Part shown: positions 17,210 to 25,717 of the stretch, piece by piece
How the letters are laid out: each line of letters opens with the position of its first letter
Position numbering within the stretch: position 1 is the stretch's first letter
NCBI GenBank assembly: GCA_009778415.1
Contig: WRJV01000342.1
Span: 1 to 29,895 of the forward strand
Direction of reading: 5' to 3'
From: Clostridiales bacterium
GTDB taxonomy: Bacteria > Bacillota > Clostridia > Peptostreptococcales > Anaerovoracaceae
Length of the DNA: 29,895 nucleotides
The notes under the pieces: model-generated
Seen by the model: only the letters and a program-made list of their open reading frames with translations
Told to the model about the DNA's origin: nothing
Database searches by the model: none
Made by a program: the position numbers and the translations under genes

Positions 17210-18697
17210 ATGAGAGTTACTTTGGTCGGGGCGGGCCCGGGCGAGAAAGGGCTGCTAACGCTCAAAGGGGCACAGCGCATTAAAAATGCCGATGCAGTGC
17301 TCTACGACCGGTTTGTAGGCGACGAGATCGTCGCGATGATACCAAGCCGCGCCGAGAAGATAGATGTGGGCAAAAACGCCGGCAACCACCCGGTGCCACA
17401 GGACGAGATAAACAGGCTCCTGCTTGAAAAAGCCAGGCAAGGCCTTGACGTAGTGCGGCTTAAAGGCGGCGACCCGTTCGTTTTCGGGCGCGGCGGCGAG
17501 GAGCTTGAACTCCTCGCAGAAAACGGCATCCCTTTTGAGGTAGTGCCCGGCGTCACCTCTGCCATCGCCGGCGCGGCTTACGCCGGCATACCGGTAACCC
17601 ACCGTGACTTCGCTTCCTCCGTGCAAATAATCACAGGCCATGCGAAAAACAACGAAACTCTTGCTATCGACTACGACGCAGTTGTCCGCGCCGGCGGTAC
17701 GCTGGTGTTTGTGATGGGCGTTGAAAACGTAAGAAACATATGCGCAGGCTGCATTGCCGCAGGGATGGAGGATGGGATGCCCGCTGCGATCGTGGAAAAC
17801 GCCACTGCCGGCAGCCAGCGCAAATTCCTCGGGACAGTGGGAACGCTGCCTGCCATAGCCAAAGAGAACAGCTTGACGTCGCCGGCATTGATAATAATAG
17901 GTAAGGTTTGCCTTCTTTCGGAGCGGTACGACTGGTTCAGCAAAAAACCGCTGCTTGGCAAGCATGTGGTCTCCGTAAGGGCAAAACGCGGTGCAAACGA
18001 CTTGTCTGCCGCGCTGAGGGAATTGGGCTGCTGCGTCCACGAGCTTTGCGGCAGCATCAAGCCGCTTACCGAGCCAGGCTGCCCTCTGGGAAAAGCCCTC
18101 CGGCAGATAGACGAATACTCTTGGCTTGTTTTTACCAGCAGCGCCGGGGCAGACGTATTTTTTAACTACCTGATCGGGGCGGGAATAGACATAAGGGCCC
18201 TGCACCACCTGAAAATAGCCTGCGTTGGTGCCGAAACTGGCAAATCAATCAAGAAACGAGGGATAAATGTCGATTACTCCCCGGACGTGTACAATGGGGC
18301 GTCTCTGGCAAGAGGCCTTGCCGCGCTCGTCAAAAACGGTGAGCGGCTGCTCATTGCAAGAGCCAAAGACGGCGCAAAGGAATTGACGGAGATACTGAAA
18401 GGCGCAGGGGCAGCCTTTGACGACGTGGCAGTGTACGAAACCCAAAGCGGCTTCTTGCATGGTGGGGAAGCTGCTGCAATCATAAATGCCAAGGCTGATT
18501 TTGTAGCCTTGACAAGCCCGTCTGCCGCGAAGATGTTTGCGCAAGCTGCCGGCTGCATGGATTTTTCAACCGTAAAAGCCGTCTGCATCGGCGAGAAGAC
18601 AGCAGCGGCAGCAAGGGCTCTCGGAATGGAAGCACATGTGGCCGGCGAGGCGACCATCGAGAGCATGGTAAAAAAGATAGAGGAGATGAGCAAGTAA
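17210..18697 (+). CDS. cobA-hemD: Uroporphyrinogen-III C-methyltransferase / uroporphyrinogen-III synthase fusion (CobA-HemD)
   Basis: LVGAGPG, VRLKGGDPFVFGRGGEE and VPGVTSA, then HemD WLVFTS, CVGAET, FVALTSPSA and CIGEKTA. Start placed at the ATG at 17210. Confidence 0.93.
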   Translation: MRVTLVGAGPGEKGLLTLKGAQRIKNADAVLYDRFVGDEIVAMIPSRAEKIDVGKNAGNHPVPQDEINRLLLEKARQGLDVVRLKGGDPFVFGRGGEELELLAENGIPFEVVPGVTSAIAGAAYAGIPVTHRDFASSVQIITGHAKNNETLAIDYDAVVRAGGTLVFVMGVENVRNICAGCIAAGMEDGMPAAIVENATAGSQRKFLGTVGTLPAIAKENSLTSPALIIIGKVCLLSERYDWFSKKPLLGKHVVSVRAKRGANDLSAALRELGCCVHELCGSIKPLTEPGCPLGKALRQIDEYSWLVFTSSAGADVFFNYLIGAGIDIRALHHLKIACVGAETGKSIKKRGINVDYSPDVYNGASLARGLAALVKNGERLLIARAKDGAKELTEILKGAGAAFDDVAVYETQSGFLHGGEAAAIINAKADFVALTSPSAAKMFAQAAGCMDFSTVKAVCIGEKTAAAARALGMEAHVAGEATIESMVKKIEEMSK

Positions 18698-18698
18698 C

Positions 18699-19715
18699 AT
18701 GACAACCAGGACAAGAAGGCTGCGCGGGAGCGAAATTCTAAGGCATATGGTCAGGGAGACAAGGCTTTCTGCTGATTCCCTAGTCTACCCTCTTTTCGTC
18801 CGCGAAGGCAAAAACATCGAGGAGGCGCTCCCCACGCTTCCGGGGCAGACCAGGTACAGCCCCGACACCCTAGCTAAAGGCGTCGAGGGCGCATTGCAAG
18901 CAGGCGTCCGGTCGTTCCTGCTGTTTGGCATCCCCGAAACCAAAGACGACAAGGGCTTTGAGGCGTACAACGAGACCGGCGTGGTTCAGCAGGCGCTCCG
19001 AAACGTAAAAAAGTCGTTTGGGAAAGACGCTTTCCTCATCACCGACGTGTGCTTGTGCGAATACACGTCCCACGGCCACTGCGGCCTCATTGACAGCTGC
19101 GGGGACGGTGGCAGAGGAGGGCATCGAGAGGGGTACGGAGTTGACAACGACAGCACTCTGCCGCTCCTTGCAAAGACGGCGCTTTCCCACGCCCGGGCCG
19201 GCGCAGACATGGTAGCCCCTTCCGGCATGATGGACGGGGCTGTTGCCGCCATGCGGGCGGCCATGGACGAAAACGGGTTTGCAGAAACCCCCATCATGAG
19301 CTATGCCGCCAAGTACGCATCAGCCTTTTACGGGCCATTTCGAGAAGCCGCAGGGTCCGCTCCGCAGTTCGGGGACAGGAAAACATACCAGATGGACTAC
19401 CACAACGGGAGGGAAGCGCTCAAGCGGATAGATATCGACATCGGCGAAGGCGCGGACATCATAATAGTAAAGCCTGCCTTGCCTTGCCTAGACATCGTTT
19501 CAAAAACAGCTGCGCATATCAGCCTGCCGGTTGCGGCTTACAGCGTCAGCGGCGAATACGCGATGATAAAAGCGGCGGCAGCTTCCGGATTTGTTGACGA
19601 GTACGGCACGATGTGCGAAAGCTCGGTTGCCGTTTTCCGCGCGGGGGCAGACATATTGATCACGTATTTCGCAAAAGAGCTTGCAGGGGCAATCAGGAAA
19701 GGAGACATTGGATGA
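18699..19715 (+). CDS. hemB: Porphobilinogen synthase
   Basis: DVCLCEYTSHGHCG Zn site, VAPSGMMDG, FYGPFREAA, YQMD and IVKPA. Confidence 0.95.
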   Translation: MTTRTRRLRGSEILRHMVRETRLSADSLVYPLFVREGKNIEEALPTLPGQTRYSPDTLAKGVEGALQAGVRSFLLFGIPETKDDKGFEAYNETGVVQQALRNVKKSFGKDAFLITDVCLCEYTSHGHCGLIDSCGDGGRGGHREGYGVDNDSTLPLLAKTALSHARAGADMVAPSGMMDGAVAAMRAAMDENGFAETPIMSYAAKYASAFYGPFREAAGSAPQFGDRKTYQMDYHNGREALKRIDIDIGEGADIIIVKPALPCLDIVSKTAAHISLPVAAYSVSGEYAMIKAAAASGFVDEYGTMCESSVAVFRAGADILITYFAKELAGAIRKGDIG

Positions 19716-20989
19716 CGGAAAAATCAAAGGCGCTTTTTTCGCGGGCAGCCTGTTTGATGCCGGGAGGGGTGAACAGCCCGGTTCGCGCTTTTAAAGCCGT
19801 TGGAGGAAACCCACTGTTCATCGACAGGGCCGACGGCTGCAAAATATATGACGCCGACGGCAACGCCTACATTGACTATGTGTCCTCATGGGGTCCTATG
19901 ATCCTTGGCCACAACAACGCTGCCGTACGCGAAGCTGTACTAGGTGCCGCCAGCAAGGGCCTGAGTTTTGGCGCACCGACTGAGGCAGAAGTCAAACTGG
20001 CCGAAAAAATTGTCTCGCTTTCACCCTGCGCCGAAATGGTGCGGATGGTGAATTCCGGCACAGAAGCGGTGATGAGCGCCTTGCGGCTGGCACGCGCGTA
20101 CACGGGGCGAAGCAAAATAATCAAATTTGAGGGCTGCTACCACGGGCATGCGGACAGCATGCTTGTGAAAGCCGGCTCGGGGGCACTGACTGCGGGCGTT
20201 CCGGACAGTCTCGGGGTTTCAAATTCCGTCGCAGTGGAAACCTTGACCGCTTCCTACAACGACCTTGCAAGCGCCGAGGCGCTTTTAAAAAGCTGTGACG
20301 TGGCTTGCGTCATCGTAGAGCCGGTCGCCGCCAACATGGGCGTTGTCCTGCCAAGGGAAGGTTTTTTAAGCGGGCTTAGAGCACTGTGCGACGCTTACGG
20401 CGCCCTGCTGATAATTGACGAAGTCATCACCGGGTTTCGGCTCGGCAGTGGCGGCGCCCAAGAATATTACGGCGTGAAAGCCGACCTTGCCACATACGGG
20501 AAAATCATCGGCGGCGGCATGCCTGTCGGGGCTTACGGCGGCAGGAAGGAAATAATGGAACTAGTTGCCCCAAGCGGGCCGGTCTACCAAGCAGGAACGC
20601 TTTCAGGGAACCCCGTCGCGATGGCGGCGGGGCTCGCCCAGCTTAACGCCCTTGAAAACCAGGACGTTTACAGCCATATCGGCCGGATGGGCGCAAAGCT
20701 GGCTGCCGGGCTTGCTGCAATAGCAAAGCGGCAGGGCCTGAAAGCATGCGTGAACCAAGTCGGCTCGCTGGCTTGCCTGTTTATGGGCATCGAGTCGGCA
20801 GACGACTACGAGTCTGTTAAGAAAGCCGACACAGGGCTGTACGCACGGTATTTCCGCGAAATGCTGGCTGCGGGCGTTTATCTGGCGCCGTCGCAGTTCG
20901 AAGCCATGTTCGTCTCTTATTCCCACTCGGAAGCTGACATAGATGAAACCCTAAACAAGGCAGAGCAAGCGCTTAAGAGGGCTGCATGA
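19712..20989 (+). CDS. hemL: Glutamate-1-semialdehyde 2,1-aminomutase
   Basis: MPGGVNSPVRAF, MVNSGTEAVM, FEGCYHGH and GKIIGGGMPVGAYGG. ATGA overlap with the hemB stop sets the start at 19712. Confidence 0.95.
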   Translation: MTEKSKALFSRAACLMPGGVNSPVRAFKAVGGNPLFIDRADGCKIYDADGNAYIDYVSSWGPMILGHNNAAVREAVLGAASKGLSFGAPTEAEVKLAEKIVSLSPCAEMVRMVNSGTEAVMSALRLARAYTGRSKIIKFEGCYHGHADSMLVKAGSGALTAGVPDSLGVSNSVAVETLTASYNDLASAEALLKSCDVACVIVEPVAANMGVVLPREGFLSGLRALCDAYGALLIIDEVITGFRLGSGGAQEYYGVKADLATYGKIIGGGMPVGAYGGRKEIMELVAPSGPVYQAGTLSGNPVAMAAGLAQLNALENQDVYSHIGRMGAKLAAGLAAIAKRQGLKACVNQVGSLACLFMGIESADDYESVKKADTGLYARYFREMLAAGVYLAPSQFEAMFVSYSHSEADIDETLNKAEQALKRAA

Positions 20990-21339
20990 AAGGTTTTCTG
21001 GTGGTGGCTCACGGCAGCAGGGCAAAAGAAAGCGAAGCAGCTTTGGAATCCGTCATGGCAGTGGTCAAGCAAAGGCTGCCTGATGCGGCAGTCGAATGGG
21101 CGTTCATGGGGTTTTCAGAGCGAACGGTGGAAAAAGGCGTTTGCTCTCTGGTAGCCAGAGGCGTCACGGAAATAAAAATCGTCCCTTATGTGCTGTTTAT
21201 GGGCATCCATATGAAGGAGAGCTTGCCGCAGCTTGCGGCAGAATGCGCCGCCGGTTTTCCGGGCGTTAAAATCGAAATCGGCGAGCCGCTTGGTTTGGAC
21301 ATGCGGCTTGCTGACATTCTGGCAGACAGGATAAAATGA
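20986..21339 (+). CDS. cbiX: Short CbiX/SirB-type sirohydrochlorin chelatase
   Basis: 117 aa. VAHGSR, IVPYVLFMGIH and EPLG motifs. Context suggests iron insertion for siroheme. Confidence 0.85.
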   Translation: MKGFLVVAHGSRAKESEAALESVMAVVKQRLPDAAVEWAFMGFSERTVEKGVCSLVARGVTEIKIVPYVLFMGIHMKESLPQLAAECAAGFPGVKIEIGEPLGLDMRLADILADRIK

Positions 21340-21355
21340 TGAACAAGGTGGAGAC

Positions 21356-22528
21356 ATGACAAGCATCACGAAATTATTGACAAGAGAGAATTACTTTGGC
21401 GATGGGCTCAGGTATTCGCAAGGGTCCGCGCACTCCATAAGGGGGGTGTCGGACAAGGCCGGGCCGGTCGTCGTTTGGAACTGCACAAAGACATGCAATT
21501 TGAGCTGCGTCCATTGTTACAGCGAGTCACAATGCAAGACCTACGACAACGAGCTGACCTTTGAAGAAGCTTGTGCGCTGATCGACGATTTGGCAATGTA
21601 CCGCTGCCCCGTCCTGCTGTTTTCTGGCGGCGAGCCGCTTATGCGCCCTGACCTTTTGGATTTGGCGCGCCGCGCCAGTGAGAAAGGGATACGCCCCACG
21701 ATATCGACCAACGGAACCCTGATAGACATGGCCATGGCCAAGGCTTTGAAAGACACCGGCGTTGGCTATGTCGGGATCAGCCTCGACGGGTTGGAAGAAA
21801 CCAACGACCGTCTGCGGGGTAAAAGGGGCGCATTTCAACTGGCACTGGAAGGAATCCGAAATTGCGTCAAGGTAGGCCAGCGTGTCGGGCTCCGGTTTAC
21901 GGTCAGCAAACACAATTACACCGAGGTTGACGGCATATTCGACCTTTTGGAAAGGGAAAACATAGACAGGGTTTGCTTCTACCATTTGGTCTACGCCGGC
22001 CGGGGCAACCTGATGATAGAGCAGGACATTTCCCACGAGCAGACGCGAAGCCTGCTCGACACGATCATCAGGCGTACGCTTTTGCTTGAGGAGCGCGGTC
22101 AAAAGAAGGAAATCCTGACGGTTGACAATCATGCTGACGGGGTGTACGTTTACTTGAAAACCCAAAGCCCATATGTTTTGGATATGCTGAGGAGGAACGG
22201 CGGCAACCGCTCGGGGATCGCATTTGCTTGCGTTGACAGCGAAGGCAACGTCCACGCTGACCAGTTCACAAGGCAAACCAGCTTCGGGAACGTCAAGGAC
22301 CACCCGTTTTCGGAAATCTGGAGCAATCCAAGCCACCCGATGCTGCAAGGGCTCCGCAACAGGAAACCCCTGCTAAAAGGCAGGTGCGCCGCCTGCCGCT
22401 ACCTCGACTTGTGCAACGGCAATTTCCGCTCCAGAGCAGAGTCCGTCACCGGTGATTTTTGGGCATCGGACCCCGCCTGTTATCTGACTGATGCTGAAAT
22501 AGGACTGGAGGGCCACACAAAATCATAA
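21356..22528 (+). CDS. ahbC: Radical SAM Fe-coproporphyrin III synthase AhbC
   Basis: PVVVWN, CNLSCVHC, FSGGEPLMRPD, FYHLVYAGRG, LTVDNHADG and a C-terminal SPASM Cys cluster. Ahb operon context. Confidence 0.88.
   Translation: MTSITKLLTRENYFGDGLRYSQGSAHSIRGVSDKAGPVVVWNCTKTCNLSCVHCYSESQCKTYDNELTFEEACALIDDLAMYRCPVLLFSGGEPLMRPDLLDLARRASEKGIRPTISTNGTLIDMAMAKALKDTGVGYVGISLDGLEETNDRLRGKRGAFQLALEGIRNCVKVGQRVGLRFTVSKHNYTEVDGIFDLLERENIDRVCFYHLVYAGRGNLMIEQDISHEQTRSLLDTIIRRTLLLEERGQKKEILTVDNHADGVYVYLKTQSPYVLDMLRRNGGNRSGIAFACVDSEGNVHADQFTRQTSFGNVKDHPFSEIWSNPSHPMLQGLRNRKPLLKGRCAACRYLDLCNGNFRSRAESVTGDFWASDPACYLTDAEIGLEGHTKS
22487..22519 (+). repeat. 33-bp direct repeat, left copy (attL-like)
   Basis: ACTGATGCTGAAATAGGACTGGAGGGCCACACA, 32/33 identical to 23745-23777. 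Confidence 0.9.
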
Positions 22529-22535
22529 CGCCCTG

Positions 22536-22574
22536 CAGTTGCCGTAATTTTTTTACGGCAACTGTTGACTTTTT
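22536..22574 (+). terminator. Intrinsic terminator after ahbC, inside the cassette
   Basis: Perfect 12-bp stem CAGTTGCCGTAA / TTACGGCAACTG with a 5-nt loop, followed by TTGACTTTTT. Confidence 0.6.
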
Positions 22575-22593
22575 ATGTTCCCTGCCATATAAT
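22565..22593 (+). promoter_or_regulatory. Near-consensus sigma-A promoter of the cassette gene
   Basis: TTGACT (22565-22570), 17 bp, TATAAT (22588-22593). RBS AAGGAGG at 22601-22607. Confidence 0.8.
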
Positions 22594-22615
22594 AAGCACC
22601 AAGGAGGGCGAACGC

Positions 22616-23749
22616 ATGTTAAAAAGATTCTCAGTTGAAGGGTTTAAAAACTTTGAAAATAAAGTTGCTATTGATTTTAGTGATGTCCGGGATTATAAAT
22701 TCAATACGGAATGCATAACGAACGGATTGCTCAGCACAGCTGTAATCTACGGTAAAAACGCTGTTGGCAAGTCAAATTTTGGCTTGGCATTGTTTGATAT
22801 TGTATCGCATTTAACAATGAACAACGTTACGCCGAGGCTTTACGACTACTATATGAATGTGAAAAACGGGAAAGGATATGCAGAATTTGAGTATGCATTT
22901 CAATTTAATGAAGATGAGATAGTTTATAGATATCGCAAAAAATCTGATCAGACAATGTGCTATGAATATTTGGAGCTTAATTCCGAAACACAATTTGAGA
23001 TGAACGACAACACTAATATTCAGCCGCACTGGTTCGCCGGCTTTGATTTTCATAATTTATTTGATTTATTGCCAACTCTTAATTTAGAACAATATCGTGG
23101 AGGCTCATTGCTTAAATTCATTTTTTACAGCACTACTATGGGCAATAATAACCCTTATAGCAAAATGTTGAGATTTGTCAACAACATGCTGTGGTTTAGG
23201 TGTTTGGACGAAAACCGGTTTATTGGATATAAAGAAACAAGCCGCGACTATTTTGATTTCATTTTCGAGAAAAAAGAATATATTGACGAGTTCAACGTAC
23301 TATTGAAACAATCAGGCATTGATGAGCCTGTTGTTGGGAAAAAAGATGCTGATCGTGAAACACGTCTTTACTATTATGACAAAACCCCAATACCTTTTTT
23401 TAAGGTTGCATCAAGCGGCACAAGGGCACTATATAATTTCTATTACTGGTACAAGACCGCACCCGATGTTTCGTTCATGTACATTGACGAATTTGATGCT
23501 TTTTATCATTATGAGCTATCAGAAACCATAGTTGGCATATTAGAAAAGATGCCCGGATTCCAAAAAATCCTGACCTCCCACAACACCAACCTGCTCTCAA
23601 ACCGCATCATGCGCCCTGACTGCTATTTTATCCTCACAAAGGACAATTTGACGTCTCTCGCCAATGCCACAGAGCGCGAGCTTCGGGAGGGGCACAATTT
23701 GGAAAAGCTTTACATGAGTTTATCGCAGAATACAATCCGCATTTACTGA
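22616..23749 (+). CDS. ABC/AAA_21-type ATPase (AbiEii/RloA-like), possibly C-terminally truncated
   Basis: MLKRFSVEGFKNF start, Walker A IYGKNAVGKSN, signature-like ASSGTRAL, Walker B FMYIDEFD and H-loop LTSHN. The stop codon lies inside the right direct repeat. Confidence 0.8.
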   Translation: MLKRFSVEGFKNFENKVAIDFSDVRDYKFNTECITNGLLSTAVIYGKNAVGKSNFGLALFDIVSHLTMNNVTPRLYDYYMNVKNGKGYAEFEYAFQFNEDEIVYRYRKKSDQTMCYEYLELNSETQFEMNDNTNIQPHWFAGFDFHNLFDLLPTLNLEQYRGGSLLKFIFYSTTMGNNNPYSKMLRFVNNMLWFRCLDENRFIGYKETSRDYFDFIFEKKEYIDEFNVLLKQSGIDEPVVGKKDADRETRLYYYDKTPIPFFKVASSGTRALYNFYYWYKTAPDVSFMYIDEFDAFYHYELSETIVGILEKMPGFQKILTSHNTNLLSNRIMRPDCYFILTKDNLTSLANATERELREGHNLEKLYMSLSQNTIRIY

Positions 23750-23777
23750 TGCTGAAATAGGACTGGAGAGCCACACA
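23745..23777 (+). repeat. 33-bp direct repeat, right copy (attR-like)
   Basis: ACTGATGCTGAAATAGGACTGGAGAGCCACACA. It contains the ahbD RBS and ends on the A of the ahbD ATG. Confidence 0.9.
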
Positions 23778-24760
23778 TGATCGTTTCCTGGAACACGACA
23801 AACCAATGCAACCTTTCATGCAAGCACTGCTACCGCGACGCCGGTTCAAAACGCGATGACGAGCTTACAACTGCCGAGGCAAAAAAGCTGATAGACGGGC
23901 TGGTGAAAGCGCACTTCAAAATCATGATTTTTAGCGGCGGCGAGCCGCTAATGCGCCCGGACATCTTTGAATTAACGGCATATGCCAGGGATTCCGGCCT
24001 TCGTCCCGTCATGGGCACCAACGGCACCTTGATTACTGCGGATGTGGCAGCCCGGCTAAAAGCATCCGGCGTCATGGGGGTGGGCATAAGCCTTGACAGC
24101 GCTGACGATAAAGCTCACGACCGGTTCAGAGGGCTTGCGGGGGCATGGCAGCTGGCGGTTCGCGGCATGAAAAACTGCCGGGATGCAGGCTTGGGATTTC
24201 AAATACACACAACCGTAATGGACTGGAACGAGCCCGAAATCGAGAAATTGACCGACTTCAGCGTGGATATCGGCGCCTCGGCGCACCACATTTTCTTTCT
24301 CATCCCGGTAGGAAGGGGCAGGTTTGAGAAATCAGTCGATGTGCAAAAATACGAGGATTTGCTGAACAGGATAATGGAAAAGCAAAAAACCGTGAACATC
24401 GAGATAAAGCCAACATGCGCCCCTCAGTTTACCCGTGTCGCTGAACAGATTGGCCTTGAAACACGCTTTTCAAGGGGGTGCCTCGCCGGGCTTTCATACT
24501 GCATCATAAACCCTGCAGGCAAAGTCCAGCCGTGCGCCTACATGGACATGGAGATAGGGAATGTCAGAGACGTCCCTTTTAACGAAATATGGACAGAAAG
24601 CGAAGTGTTTCAAAAACTGCGTTCGCAAAAATATTCCGGGGGATGCGGAGTTTGCGCGTTTTCTGGCAAATGCGGCGGGTGCCGGGCCCGTGCCATGTAT
24701 TACAATGACGGCGACTACATGGCAGAGGACAATTACTGCATATTGAACGGTGGTGCCTGA
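23777..24760 (+). CDS. ahbD: Radical SAM heme b synthase AhbD
   Basis: MIVSWNTT, CNLSCKHC, IFSGGEPLMRPD, IKPTCAPQF, RGCLAG and SPASM cysteines. Confidence 0.88.
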   Translation: MIVSWNTTNQCNLSCKHCYRDAGSKRDDELTTAEAKKLIDGLVKAHFKIMIFSGGEPLMRPDIFELTAYARDSGLRPVMGTNGTLITADVAARLKASGVMGVGISLDSADDKAHDRFRGLAGAWQLAVRGMKNCRDAGLGFQIHTTVMDWNEPEIEKLTDFSVDIGASAHHIFFLIPVGRGRFEKSVDVQKYEDLLNRIMEKQKTVNIEIKPTCAPQFTRVAEQIGLETRFSRGCLAGLSYCIINPAGKVQPCAYMDMEIGNVRDVPFNEIWTESEVFQKLRSQKYSGGCGVCAFSGKCGGCRARAMYYNDGDYMAEDNYCILNGGA

Positions 24761-24761
24761 C

Positions 24762-25205
24762 ATGGACGACAAGGACAAGGAACTGCTCAACCAGCTGCAA
24801 ATCGGCCTGCCCCTCAGCGAAAGGCCCTATGGGGCGTTGGCCCTGCAGCTTGGTTTGAGCGAGGAAGACGTTTTGCACCGCATCCGCAAGATGAAGGAAG
24901 AAAACATCATAAGGCGGATAGGCGGCGTTTTCGACAGCAGCAAGCTGGGCTATCAAAGCACACTGTGCGCAATGTCCGTGCCCGCTGGCAAAACCTGCGA
25001 AGCTGCGCGGGTTATCAACGGTTTTGAGGGCGTCACGCATAATTACCTTCGGGACGGAGATTACAACATTTGGTTCACTGTAATAGCGCAGAGCAAGGCG
25101 AGGCTTGCAGATATTGTGTCTGAAATACAGCAGCGCACCGGCATCGAAGTCCACAGCCTGCCCGCGATGAGAAAATTCAAAATTGACGCGAGGTTTCACA
25201 CATGA
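24762..25205 (+). CDS. ahbA: Siroheme decarboxylase subunit alpha
   Basis: Lrp/AsnC-like fold: LPLSERPY, RRIGGVFD, STLCAM, VTHNYLR and NIWFT. Confidence 0.88.
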   Translation: MDDKDKELLNQLQIGLPLSERPYGALALQLGLSEEDVLHRIRKMKEENIIRRIGGVFDSSKLGYQSTLCAMSVPAGKTCEAARVINGFEGVTHNYLRDGDYNIWFTVIAQSKARLADIVSEIQQRTGIEVHSLPAMRKFKIDARFHT

Positions 25206-25717
25206 GCACAATGCAAAACCTATCTGAAGATGACAAGAAAATAGTCGAATGGCTGCAAGGCGACATCCCCGTCGTTTCCGACCCCTTTCATGCACTCGCA
25301 GATGAATTGGGCTTTTCCGTCTGTCGGTTGCTCAAACGCATCGAAGATTTCCAAGAAGACGGCATCTTAAAACGAGTAGGCGCTGTCGTCAGGCACCAGA
25401 AAATCGGGTTTGACGCCAACGCCATGGTGGTTTGGCAAGTGCCTGTTTCTGATATCGAAAGCGTGGGGGCACTGTTCGCAGAGCAAACGTTTGTTTCCCA
25501 TTGCTACCAGAGGGAGACGCTGCCTGATTTCCCTTATACGCTGTACACTATGGTACACGCCAAGTCCGAAAGCGAGTGCCTGTCTTACATAAAAACCCTC
25601 GCCGAGCTGGCGGGCACCATTAACTATAAAATATTGCCCAGCCTGAAAGAGTTCAAGAAAAGCAGCATGAAATACTATTATAAAAGAAGAAAGGATGAAT
25701 CAAATGAACATTATTAG
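25202..25717 (+). CDS. ahbB: Siroheme decarboxylase subunit beta
   Basis: KRVGAVVRHQKIGFDANAMVVW, VSHCYQR, YTLYTMVH and EFKKSSMKYY. ATGA overlap with ahbA. Confidence 0.88.
   Translation: MSTMQNLSEDDKKIVEWLQGDIPVVSDPFHALADELGFSVCRLLKRIEDFQEDGILKRVGAVVRHQKIGFDANAMVVWQVPVSDIESVGALFAEQTFVSHCYQRETLPDFPYTLYTMVHAKSESECLSYIKTLAELAGTINYKILPSLKEFKKSSMKYYYKRRKDESNEHY

Larger units (their letters stand above)
22487..23777 (+). mobile_element. Direct-repeat-flanked inserted cassette, probable remnant of an integrative element
   Basis: 33-bp direct repeats 1,258 bp apart, low GC over most of its length, and it interrupts an otherwise ATGA-coupled ahbC-ahbD junction. No recombinase is encoded. Confidence 0.7.

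Noticed and set aside
17129-22615. Longer N-termini in the ORF track for cobA-hemD (17129), hemL (19613) and the ATPase (22565)
   Set aside because: Downstream ATGs have an RBS or ATGA coupling and match where the family sequences begin. The 22565 TTG is the -35 box.
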